DNA of 63,422 nt, counting the filler, from Reticulomyxa filosa (Eukaryota > Protista > Foraminifera): NCBI GenBank assembly GCA_000512085.1. It is 26 parts of 26 records of this genome, joined end to end, with 100 filler letters (N's around TTAATTAATTAA, not from the genome) between each part and the next. Parts side by side here need not be neighbours in the genome. Positions count along the whole stretch, not along the records: positions 48,905 to 52,158 come from ASPP01001582.1; positions 52,259 to 56,956 come from ASPP01027913.1; positions 57,057 to 58,680 come from ASPP01018510.1; positions 58,781 to 61,887 come from ASPP01000208.1; 22 more parts are not named here. One strand, given 5' to 3'. The notes under the pieces are model-generated. The model was not told the origin of the DNA, did no database searches, and was given only the letters and a program-made list of their open reading frames with translations. The translations under genes were made by a program, and so were the position numbers. Position 1 is the first letter of the stretch. The number at the start of each line of letters is the position of its first letter. Shown here piece by piece: positions 49,930-61,566 of this stretch.

Positions 49930-50510
49930 ATCTTTTCCAATTTCAGTATCATATCCTGTGTTTTACGATGTCGTTCACCAAATATTTCCTTAAAAATCGT
50001 CTCCTAAAAGATCATAAGATTCACTAATGTCTGGGTGATTACAATCTAATTTATTCAATCTCAATTCCAATGCTTTTTCTCCATGTTCAATTGATTGATT
50101 CAGTCATTTTTATTTTTAAATGCACTTGCCAAATAATGGAAAGACCAACTAATACAAGGATGATCATCATTCAACGTTTTCAATTTAATTTCTAACGATT
50201 TTTCAAAATATTGAATTGCATCTTCATTTGTTCCTTTCTTTTCCAATATCAATCCCAACACATCATAAGATTTTGCAGATCTAAATCAAAGTTATCACTT
50301 ATCATTTTTCAAAATTTCCAAAGCTTTATCAATATATTCTTTGGCCTTCTTTATTTGTTTTTTTCCTTTTATCCACACTAATCTCAATTCATTCAATGAT
50401 TTTGCAGTAGATGGATGTTTTCCACCAAATTTTTTTAATCGAATATTCAATGCCATTTGATGACAGCTTATCGATGTTACATATTGTCCTCTTTCAAAAT
50501 ATATCCACAT
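49930..50510 (-). pseudogene. TPR (kinesin light chain-like 42-aa repeat) pseudogene
   Basis: HQMALNIRLKKFGGKHPSTAKSLNEL, AKSYDVLGLILEKKG..AIQYFEKSLEIKLKTLNDDHPCISWSFHYLA, EKALELRLNKLDCNHPDISESY. Contains in-frame stops and a frameshift. Confidence 0.82.
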
Positions 50511-50962
50511 CTGCGATCATCCGCTACCAGTGATCTATTACAAGAATAATTGATTACATAAAGATCAAGCTCAATGTCAAGAAAACTTATGTATTTACAG
50601 TAAAATGCAAGAAAGTTCACATATAAGACGACACCTTATAGAGATAATTAATTTTCTCAATGAAGAAACAACATTTAAACATAATTTTTTGAAAAAAGTG
50701 TAGTTTTTAAATATATTTGTTTTTTATTACTATCCTAATTGTTTGAAAAATTTAAATTCTTTTTCGACAGAATTTTTGGTTTATAAAGAATTGCTTAAAT
50801 TTTAAGTTTTTTTGAAATTTTTGCTATTTTTGTTGTTATTTGACTGTTTTCGTGCATTCTATTTTTTATTATTGGTTTTTTCTTTTGCATTTGCAGCCCT
50901 TATTAAACCTCTTGTTTGTTTTGCACTTTATCGCTTTACAAACAAATAATAGCTCATAAAAT

Positions 50963-52077
50963 TTAGTCTGGGCTGTCGAAAAAATTCATCAAAACAGGTT
51001 CCACAAAGTCACCAAGATATCGAATCCAGTTACCACAGTTTATATCAAACCAGGTTTCATACTCTTGCAAGTGTTTCGGATTGACAAGTTTCAAAAAAAG
51101 TAGCTCTTTTTGTGTTCGGCCTTGCAAAGAGTCATTTAAAAGCCACATCTGCATAGCGTCAGCAAAGTACAATCCCTGACGTCCACTAATTTTACTATCG
51201 ATTGTACTTGCCGTAGGTAGAAATAATTGGTCATAGCTAAAATCATAAATAATATTTGTTTTTGCTGTCAGGTACAACTGAACATGCCAATTTTCTTGCG
51301 ATGAAAAAAATGTATCCCACTCTTCAAAGGTATCAACAGAATATTCATCGTTCCCTAGTTCAATGCATGCACAGCCAATCTTTTGCGATCTTCCAATCGG
51401 CCATTTCACTGATGATGGCCAAATATCTTTTGGCAAAATCACAAACAAATAAGTAAATAAATTATGACATATTTATTTGATCTGTTATTATTTCAAAATG
51501 AATGTATTAAAACAGATTCGTAACCACAAAAATTGATGCCACTTATGCTTTTACATTGACTCAAATCAATAAATTTGTTGCTTGGTATGCCGCGCAACAA
51601 AAGCCATTCTAAACTTGCTGGAATATGGAGTGTTCCTTCACTTTCAATGTCACTGAGCCAAGGAGCAAAATTCCAAAACAATGCTAATATGTTTGGACAT
51701 GCGTCCAAAATAGAGTTAACAAATTCAATTTTTTCATCTCCAGCAGTAAATACCTGATTTGTCTCTACAGAATTTTTTTCATCGTGATTGTTGATATCTG
51801 AATCAAAAATGTTGCTTGTTGAAATGTTTTCAAATAACTCCGAATTGGATCCAGTTCCACTGCTTTCAAAAGTTAGATCTACAATACTGATGTATCTTAA
51901 GCGTGGCATTTTTGTTAAATTAACCCAACTGATTTTCGTGTCAAATTGTAACATTTGTAAATCCAAGTGAAACAAATTCGAAAATGAAGGATATTCGTTT
52001 ACTCTATAATGAGGCATTGCAAATTGAATCGACAATGATCGAATAAAATCGTGTCCTTTTTTCATTATTTCGGACAT
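50963..52077 (-). CDS. Hypothetical protein with LRR-like segments, 3' part
   Basis: Two ORFs (52077-51493, 51448-50963) around a short intron, with FSNLFHLDL, MPRLRYISI, CPNILALFW and PASLEWLLL patterns. Confidence 0.55.
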
Positions 52078-52101
52078 TGCAAGACTCCTTTTTTCACTTG
52101 T

Positions 52102-52135
<34 letters not shown>

Positions 52136-53439
52136 TTTATTTGTTAGTTTTTTTTTTTNNNNNNNNNNNNNNNNNNNNNNNNNNNNNNNNNNNNNNNNNN
52201 NNTTAATTAATTAANNNNNNNNNNNNNNNNNNNNNNNNNNNNNNNNNNNNNNNNNNNNTTGTTAACACTTAACGTCAAATTTCAAAAATGGAGCTTTTTT
52301 CAATATTTCAATGCTGCATTTTTCTTCAAAGTATTTTTCCCATGCTTCTTCAAAGTGAAACAACTGTATTTGATATTGTCCGCTTGGCAAGAAATTCTCA
52401 CATAATACAAACGCTATTCTTTCATTATATGATGAAATTCCATGAGTTATTGGCTTTTGATGGCTCTCAAGATTACAATTGTCCATCATTTGAAAACATT
52501 TCTAAAAAAATTCTCTTCTGCACGTCTAAACATACGCGTGTTTGGTCATCATTTCTACTCTCCACACTGCTCTTTATCCAGCTGTAAGACAGCACACTAT
52601 TTCTTTTCATCCTTTTCTCAGATGTGGCATCATCTGGACCCATTTTCATCACTGCATTGCTTTATCTTCATAGTTAGCTAGTAGTAATAGAGAATTCTGC
52701 AACAACAAAAGAGTTTATTGATATTAATTATCATATCAGAAATAAAAGATCAATATATTTTAGTCTTTTCATTGTTTACACTACAGCCCAATACTTTCTA
52801 TAAATGCGCCGTACATTTACACAACAAATTTACTTATTCAAAATTTGATATGTCTATCGAGAAAAATATTATTTGTAATTAGAAATTTGTATACATCATA
52901 AAATTGATCATGCAAGCTAATTAAAAAGATACTAATGGTAAAGGAAAATAACTGTCACTGAAAACAACTGCAGTCACTTTGAAATAATATATAACTCATT
53001 AAATTTGTTCATATTAGATAATGCTTTTCTTTCTAAACTACATCATTTGTACAAGTATAATTCGATAAATGTTAATTGTTAGCAAAAGTATTCTTGCAAT
53101 TCAATTGCCTGTTTGATTGCTACACTTATCATACGTCAACTCGACGAACTAAATTTTTTTTTGAAATTTGAATACATGCTTTCGACAAATCTCTAATGTG
53201 AATATTGAGCCAATACCGCACCGGAAAAGTATTAAATATGATTAAAGTAACCTACCCAAACTTTTAAAATTGTTTAAGACTTTTTTCAAAAATTTTCAAT
53301 TGTTTTCAATTTCTGCTGTCTGTGACAATAATGACTTGTGAAAACGCAAAGTAAAAAAAAGCGCGTTTGTCGTTGAGGGGATCTATAATATATCCCAAAT
53401 AATTCTTGATTTCATCATTATCTTTTCTTGGGGGAAAAA

Positions 53440-54378
53440 ATGAGTACCAAGGAGTCAGTTCCCGCGCCTTCTGCTGAGGGAGAAGAAACGAGTGCCAAGG
53501 AATCAGTTTCTACCACGCCTTCTGGATCGTACTGGAAGTGTACAGAATGTATGCTGGTAAATGAGGACACAGCAAAAGTTTGTGAGGCGTGCTTTGTGGA
53601 ACGAAAAAAAGAAAGCAAAACGGTGACGTTATCGACCACATCAAAGTGGGCAGGAAAAAAGCGAATATGGAGTAGTCAAGAAGCAGCAAAAAAGCAAGAA
53701 GAGAAAAAGGAAGGAGAAGAGGAAGAAGAAAAAAACGAGTACTTGAAGCCAATAGAATACGAAATACGTTTGACCCAGAGGCCTTACGGGTTTTCGTTAT
53801 GTAAAGAAATGGATGAAAAATATGTATGTAAAGTCATTCCAGAAGGATTTTGTGGGCAATGGGGAATGATATGTGGAAGTGAATGTATAGCAATTGATAG
53901 TCTCCTCTTAGATGGTAACAATTGGTCATACGTGAACAAAAAATATCCCGATGTTCCATTTTTTTATATGCCCGACTTTGATAAGGTGCAATATTTACAA
54001 AATCCAAAAGATTTAAATGCCAAGCCAATTGTGTTAAGACTTCGCTTTGATGCAATGAAAATGATGAGTTTGGGCCAAAGCTCGGAAGATGAAAAGTGTG
54101 AGTCATGGCCTATTTTGCAAAAAGAACTTTTTCAAACACTCATTGAAACCAAACCCCAAAATTTTCGAGCTTTGCAAACTATTCAAGTTTTCAAAGAACT
54201 TCCATTTCAAGCCACTGATCATCAACCTATCTATACCATTCAGCAGGGACAACAATTTCAAGCTTTTCTTCAAGCCGGAGCTTTCTTGCAAGTTCGCTTC
54301 CCTCCTCCTCTTCCGTCCATTGCTTGGGCTAAGCGGTTTGACGCAAACAAAACTTGTTTGGCCGAACAACTTTCATGA
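53440..54378 (+). CDS. Intronless RanBP2-type zinc-finger protein with PDZ-like and SH3-like segments
   Basis: WKCTECMLVNEDTAKVCEAC fits W-x-C-x2-C-x3-N-x6-C-x2-C. YEIRLTQRPYGFSL..YVCKV..G.ECIAID is PDZ-like. Short N-terminal duplication STKESVPAPS/SAKESVSTTPS. Confidence 0.8.
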   Translation: MSTKESVPAPSAEGEETSAKESVSTTPSGSYWKCTECMLVNEDTAKVCEACFVERKKESKTVTLSTTSKWAGKKRIWSSQEAAKKQEEKKEGEEEEEKNEYLKPIEYEIRLTQRPYGFSLCKEMDEKYVCKVIPEGFCGQWGMICGSECIAIDSLLLDGNNWSYVNKKYPDVPFFYMPDFDKVQYLQNPKDLNAKPIVLRLRFDAMKMMSLGQSSEDEKCESWPILQKELFQTLIETKPQNFRALQTIQVFKELPFQATDHQPIYTIQQGQQFQAFLQAGAFLQVRFPPPLPSIAWAKRFDANKTCLAEQLS

Positions 54379-54835
54379 ACACTGACCTTTTCGTTTGAGT
54401 TTTTTTCTCGTGTGTGAATTATTCGCCCCAATTTTTAAAATACGGTGTCTCTTTTTTTGTTTGTTGCAGGTAAACATAAAAGTGACTTTTTTCCCCAAGA
54501 GAGGGAAGGGCTAGGTGGATAAAACAATAAATAATTGGACAAAATGATATTGGTAAATAAACACTATTTTTTCCTGAGCAAAGCCCTCTTTCGTCATTAT
54601 TTTTTTTTAATCTTGGAGTAAACTGACTAGGTTAATGCTCCAGCTATTTGCACAATAATACAATGTTTATATATTGCGCATTTTTTGATTTTTGTACCTT
54701 CATTTTTTGTAATATCAAAAATTTAGTGTTTTTGGCACTAGTTTGACAAAAACGAAAAAAGTTGAGACTTGTCCCAAAAAGAATTTTTTCCGGTTCAGTC
54801 ATCTGCAATTCTTCTTTTCGCTTGACTATCTCTCG

Positions 54836-56535
54836 ATGCAACAAACTTCCCAAACGAACATTTTTTCAGACCCTGGTAAACAAAATCAGATTAATCATTT
54901 GTATTCAGGAAAATGGTTCGTTTGCTTTGTGAAAAAAAGACATAAATAGTGAAGAAGTCGACAATGAAGAGTCCTCAGAAACCCTGAGCACAGACACAGA
55001 GTTTGGAGAAGAAGATTTGCCACAGGAAGAAAAAAAGTTTGAAACGCCAAACCCCTCGACAAGAGAAATAAGTAACATATTAAATCGATTGGAAACGAAC
55101 ACAGAAAACTCGAATTCGAATATTTTAACGGGTCACTGGAAGAAAAAGCAAAGTAACGAAGAGCTAATCAAAGTTAATTCATTATCCAAGAGTCAATGGA
55201 AAGACAAAGACAAAGATAAAGATAAAGAAAACGAAAGTGAAATTAGTAGCAATAATAATAATAATAACAAAGTATTAAAAGTGAGACAACAGCGTGAAAA
55301 GAAAGGAAAAAAAGAAAAATCTTTTTACATAAACCAATATTTATGTTACAAACAATTGGGCAAAGGGACATTTGGAAATGTCGTATTGGCGAAAGACATT
55401 TCAAAGAACAGGAAAATGGCGATAAAAATAATCAACAAATCGAGTTTAAAGAAAAAAGTAATTTTCAAAAAAGACAAATCGATAACTAATGCGTTGGAGC
55501 ACATTTACCGCGAAATTTCGATTATGCAAAAATTAAATCATCCCAACACCTTGAAGTTGTATGAAGTCATTGACGACTCTGTCCAAGATCAATTGTTTTT
55601 AGTTGCGTCTTGTTTTATTTTTTTATAATCCAAGCGTGTCTGCAAAATAAAATACAAACATGGATACATGTTTGTACATTTTTTTTTTAATCAAAAAAAA
55701 AAAAGGTGATGGAGTACATGGAACATGGAGCACTTCTAAAAATGAACGGAAAGATGACGTATGAACCCATTCAAGACCTACAAACTATTCGTAAATATTT
55801 ACGTGATATAATATTGGGCTTGGATTATTTGCATTCCAAGAGGGTCATTCATGGCGATATCAAGCCTGAAAACTTGCTTGTGGGACCTGATTTTGTCGTT
55901 CGAATTGCTGACTTTGGGGTCAGTTATATCTTGGAATCTGATAACCCTTTTGTTACCAAAGCTTTGGGAACTCCGGCTTTTACCGCACCAGAGTGCGAAA
56001 GTTATCACAATTTGTCTTATATGTGTACCTGTTATACATATTGTTGGTTTTGTTACAGATAAATGCTTTTTGGCTTTTCCACTCGATATTTGGGCGTTGG
56101 GAGTCACCTTGGTTATGATGATCACAGGCATATGTCCTTTTGCTGGTGACACCATCCAAGACACTTTTGAAAAGATCCAAATACATACGCCTGTTATACC
56201 TCCAGACTTACCTACTAATTTGAAACACTTAATTACTGCCTTGTTGACCAAAGATCCTTCACAGAGAATTATCATGTCTCAATTGAAAGTTTGTTGCTTT
56301 ACTTGTTTTCTTCTGTTTTGCGCCTCTCTTTGCCTTCATTCGAGAAACATGCTCTTGCACTTACAATCTGAAATAGGAGCATCCGTGGGTCACTCGAAAC
56401 GGAGAAGAATCTTTGCGACAACCTTACGAAACAATCACAGATAATACTACACAAAAGGAATGTGACAGCACAAAATTTTCACAAGTCGAAATCATTTCAA
56501 TGAATGAAGACAATGCTGACCTAAATCCTTCATAA
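54836..56535 (+). CDS. CaMKK-like Ser/Thr protein kinase
   Basis: INQYLCYKQLGKGTFGNV, MAIKII, REISIMQKLNHPN, LYEVIDD, LDYLH, IHGDIKPENLL, DFGVS, GTPAFTAPE, DIWALGVTL, EHPWVTRNG. Introns ~55602-55705, ~56001-56058 and ~56289-56377. Start uncertain. Confidence 0.92.
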
Positions 56536-57513
56536 CTTTACTTGTTGTTCTCTGCATCTAACTTGTATGCAATCTACTGAAAATGGTTTGGCTTTTAGTA
56601 AATGATCAATTGTGATACAATAATCCCAGAGGACAAAATAAAACACTTGATTGATTTGGCTACTCTAATACACTCATTATCTCTACACCGTTGTTTTTCC
56701 AGACATTTACACAGTTAGCAATAGTGTACCATTGTTCTAAAAAAGCAGCATAAACATTACTTAAGCGCCATTATTTGCAATCATTACATTGTATTTCCGT
56801 AAAGTAGGTCGTACAAGCTTCTAAGGGGCTAGAGCTTGCAATGTGTTGGCAGTTTCTCTTCTTCAAAACAAGCCCTACAGAGTTTCCATTTCGTTTAGTT
56901 TTGCTATTGTGTAGTCAAACAAATTTCTGACATGTCACGAGCGGGATTTTTCCCACNNNNNNNNNNNNNNNNNNNNNNNNNNNNNNNNNNNNNNNNNNNN
57001 TTAATTAATTAANNNNNNNNNNNNNNNNNNNNNNNNNNNNNNNNNNNNNNNNNNNNAATAAATATATTTTTGAAATTATCATAAAAAATACTAACAAAGA
57101 AACAAATACTCATATAATTATGTGTTCGTATTAATCTAATTAAGACTATGTTTGATAGCAACAATTTATTGCTAATTACCAAGTGATGTTTTCACAAATA
57201 ATTTTTCTTTATATTCAAATTTGTGGTTTATCAATTGTTAAACTTTTCTATACTTTGATAAGACATTGCCAATTTTTGATAAATTAATTAAGTGGATCAA
57301 GTCATCTGTCGAAACATTTTAAGTATTCTTTCAAATAAAAATAAATTGAAAAAATAGGCCTTATTGTTGTTATATCTAATATTTTACAAAATAAAACACT
57401 TATTTCTCATTACAAGGTTTATATTTATTGACCCTTTGTGAGCCTAAAAAAAAGTTGAAAAGCATCTTTTTCATCATCTTTGCATCATCAAAGATCATTT
57501 CAAGGAAAAAAAA

Positions 57514-58637
57514 ATGGAAAGAATAGACTTTAGCTTAGTAATGAAAGTTTCGTTTAAGTTCTTTTTTTTAGGTTTTTCTTCTTACTGTTTTTCTCATTTT
57601 GCTTTAATGTTGAAATAGTCAAAAGAAGAAGAGATCCAAATCATTATTCGTCATTGTATTCGAACATTAAACATTAAATTTGGATGGATCAAAGATTTTG
57701 ACAAATTTGTTTTCAATTATGTTAGTTCATTTGTTTCTTTTTCATTTCATCAATCAAAATAAATATTTATTTAACATAGGCATTTATTGTCTTCATGTTT
57801 GACACATTTCATTCATCATCCAAATTAATTAATACATTCGCTGGACATACAAATACTGTGTGGAGTATTGATTATTCAAAATTTGATTATTGTCAATTCA
57901 TTTGTTCTGGATCAATTGATAACACAGTTCGTGTATGGGATGTTGATAACAACAAACAAATTCAATCATTCAATGGATATTTATCTATTGTGTATTGTGT
58001 GAAATTTTCATCATATCATTATCATAATCATCGTCAAAATGCATTTGTTCTTCATCAAGTGACAATACTATTTGTTTTTGGGATTTCAAACATAATAAAC
58101 AATTACAAATATTCAATAAACACTAGTGTTGTTCGTGGATTGAATTTTCACTATTTAATGGTAGTAGATATTTGTGTTCTGCATTTGATAAAACAATTCG
58201 TTTATGGGATGTTGAAACATCAAAATCATTACATGTTTTTAATGGACATGAAGATCATGTTAGTTGTGTTGATATTTCACCATTACAAAGCAATAATAAC
58301 AATGGTAATAATAATAAAATGAATAATATTGGTGTGATTGGTGGAAATGGATATACTATTTGTTCTGGATCATTGGATAATACCATTCGAATATGGGATA
58401 TTGAAATAACCAAACAATTCAATGTATTCAAAGGACATAATAGTGGCGTGAATAGTGTAAAATATGGATCGAATGAATTAGCGAATACAATATTATCTGG
58501 ATCATCTGATTTTAGTGTTCGTTTGTGGGATATTCGATCTGGTCAGCAAATTCAAATATTCAATGGACATAAAAATGCAGTATGGTGTGTTGAATATTCA
58601 TCATTTTTAATAAAGTCCTATTCGTATTTGGGGATAA
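57514..58637 (+). pseudogene. WD40-family copy with frameshifts and an internal deletion
   Basis: Exons 57514-57546, 57619-57720 and 57780 onward. Frameshifts ~58040-58190. Last blade deleted at ~58615. Confidence 0.85.
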
Positions 58638-58780
58638 GATACTTTTTATTGAATAAGAAATGAAAATTTTTTTTTTGTAANNNNNNNNNNNNNNNNNNNN
58701 NNNNNNNNNNNNNNNNNNNNNNNNTTAATTAATTAANNNNNNNNNNNNNNNNNNNNNNNNNNNNNNNNNNNNNNNNNNNN

Positions 58781-58894
58781 AGCGGAATATTTTGTCTTAA
58801 ATTTATTGGATTGAAAAAGATAGATAAGACAAAGAATGTTAAATATAATTTATGTTATAGTTCAGGCGAAGGTCCAATTCGTATTTGGGGATAA
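58781..58894 (+). pseudogene. WD40-family 3' fragment
   Basis: GIFCLKFIGLKKIDKTKNVKYNLCYSSGEGPIRIWG*, plus a 3' flank homologous to 1731-1870. Intact vs pseudogene status unknown. Confidence 0.75.
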
Positions 58895-60957
58895 TTTACT
58901 GTTTTGTTGAATAATAAATGAAAGTACTTTTGTTTGAAAAGTTTGATTAAAAGGAAAGTACGTTGATATTAATCTTGTTTGATTTAATTGAACGCAAGCA
59001 TTAAAAGATATCTTTTTACTTTTGTCGTTTAAAAAATTGAAAAAGTTTTTAAAGAATAAATAAGACTTGTATAAATAAATTGCAAAGTATTCTAAGTATT
59101 GCGTTTTCTTCAATGCTAATTTTTTGAATTATTTTTTTTTGTATGTATAGAACACTCAAAACAGGATAAAATAAAAAGGACAATATTATGCAATTTATGT
59201 TTGTGGATGAACATATGTGAATGAAATTTTTTGTTAACAAATATTAAAAAATACACATAATCAAAAATTACCATGATAAAACAACCGACATCAACAAAAA
59301 GAACATTTTAAAAGATTTTTTTCACATAAAAAATTGATAATTTTTATAAGTTCAAATTTTAAATAATATTCTAGATCCTTCGAAACAGAAAAGATGTGTA
59401 TCATGAATTACTACAAAAACAATCGTATGCGATGCTATACAAAAATTAAAAAAATACAATACTTGAAATATTTTGCAATTTACTTTGTGCTATTTGGCCA
59501 CAATTTTAATTTATTGTTATGGTTCAAGCAAAGGCTATAAGAAGGAACAAACAACAAATCGAAATATACCATCATGTTGTTTTATGAGATTTTTGTTTAT
59601 CTTCCAAACTATTTTTGTTTCTCTAATGTTATTTTCATTAAAAAATCATTATACATTTTACCATATCACTGCCCTATATTCTAATTGTTTTGTCTGCTAA
59701 ATGAATACAATCAATAAATGCATTATATTCCTTTAATACTTGAATTTGTGTATATTCTATTTTTAAATAGTGTTTTTTCTTGAATATGGATAATTTCAGG
59801 ACTTTTGGTGAAAATTGTATCCATTATATCATCTAAATATTCTTCTGATTGTAATGAAATATATACTTCAAGGGCTTATATTTATTATAATCAAAATCAA
59901 ATAAATAATAAAAATTTTATAATAACCTTTTGGTTGACGTGCAACTGAACGTATAAAAAAATACATATGAGAGTGTAATTAAAAAGTTCATATCATTTGG
60001 TAATATTCATTCATTTCAATCGATTTTCTAAATCGATAATCAATCTTATCTTTCTGTCAAAGCCAAAAATGACAAACCTTTAGAACATTCGTCCATATTT
60101 ATTTGAGTACATGCCTTTATCACATTCGAATGATCGTCTGTTGTTTGTATTTTTTTGTCTTGGTTTGTGATACAATGCAAATGATATTTAAAGTTGATAC
60201 AAATATCAATTCGAATTTTTCATTGTTTGCAAAAAAAATATTACAATTCAAAAATCATTTCTATCAGACTCAGATAAGCATTCATTAATTGCATTCAAAG
60301 GAATACAAAAGTGTGTTTTATTTAAAAACAATCAGTTTTTAAAATGAAAAGGGTAAATTTGTTTGCATTGATAGTAAATAATTTAAAGTTAAAAATAGTT
60401 CTGTGATGTAATATATTTTGGATCGTTGAATAATAGATGATTTGTACGTAATTAAAAATGATAAATAATGATACTAAAAGATAAATTTTTAATAAATTCA
60501 ATCATTTTGTAGTTTCTTTTGAAGACTGTAAAATTTGATTTTTGCATAGATATCTTTAAATAATATTTTCATTGGCTATCATTGTTAAAAAGATAATGTA
60601 AAATTGAAGTAAATTTTTTTATTTCCAGAATCATAACTTTCCATTAATCAAAGTTTAAAACTTGTTATTTTTTTGATCAACCAACAAATGAAATATTATC
60701 ATAATTTGTGCAAAATAATAAAAAAATAATTTATTCTTTTTCCAGTTGGCTCTATATAAAAAGTGCAAATAATTGCTTTTTTCAATCCATTTGTGACATC
60801 AAGTAACTTATCCATAAATTATTCTTCTTTTTCATTATGAAAAAAAATAAATCAAACAACTCCAAATTTTAAAATAAATAATTTTAAAAATTGAAATTAA
60901 AACAAACATTGATAATGTCTTGCAATTCAAAAAAATTTGTAAATTTAAACAAAAAAT

Positions 60958-61566
60958 TTATCCACAAACATAAATTCGGCTATTGGTTGAGCCATAATAT
61001 AAATGAATACCACAATCATCTTTTAATTTTTGTTCATTATTATTTACTGTCTTTTTCAATAATACAAATTTAAGACAGAATATTGCACCAATTTCATCAC
61101 TTCCTTTGATCACATACAATTCTTCATTATTTGATCGAATATCCCAAAAACGAATTGTATTATCTAATGATCCAGAACATATCACATTTGAATTACTACC
61201 ATTATTCTTTATTACAAATGGTGAATATTCCACACACGCTACATAATCTGTGTGTCCATTGAACACTTGAATTTGTTGACCAGATCGAATATCCCACAAA
61301 TGAACACTTTTATCACATGATCCAAATAATATTGATTTAATAATTCATTTGATCCATATTTTACACTATTAACCCAATCTTCATGTCCTTTGAATATATT
61401 CAATTGTTTTGTTGTTTCAATATCCCATATTCGAATAGTATTATCAAATGATCCAGAACAAATTGTATATCCATTTCCACCAATCATACCAATATTACTC
61501 ATTTTATTACTGTTGCTTTGTAATGGTGAAATATCAACACACCAAATAGCATTTTCATGTCCATTT
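60958..61566 (-). pseudogene. WD40-family copy, 5'-truncated, one frameshift
   Basis: NGHENAIWCVDISPLQS..IGGNGYTICSGSFDNTIRIWD..GHEDWVNSVKYG, a 1-nt loss near 61334, then WDIRSGQQIQVFNGHTDYVAC. Homology ends abruptly at ~61566 inside the contig. Confidence 0.85.

Noticed and set aside
46870-50510. Stop-codon reassignment to explain in-frame stops
   Set aside because: Intact genes terminate at TAA or TGA and have no internal stops. The interrupted regions also have frameshifts and deletions, so they are pseudogenes.
56750-56956. Possible snRNA/ncRNA (small hairpin, AATTTCTG Sm-like site)
   Set aside because: There are no recognisable U1/U2/U4/U5 conserved sequences, so the evidence is insufficient without an Rfam search.
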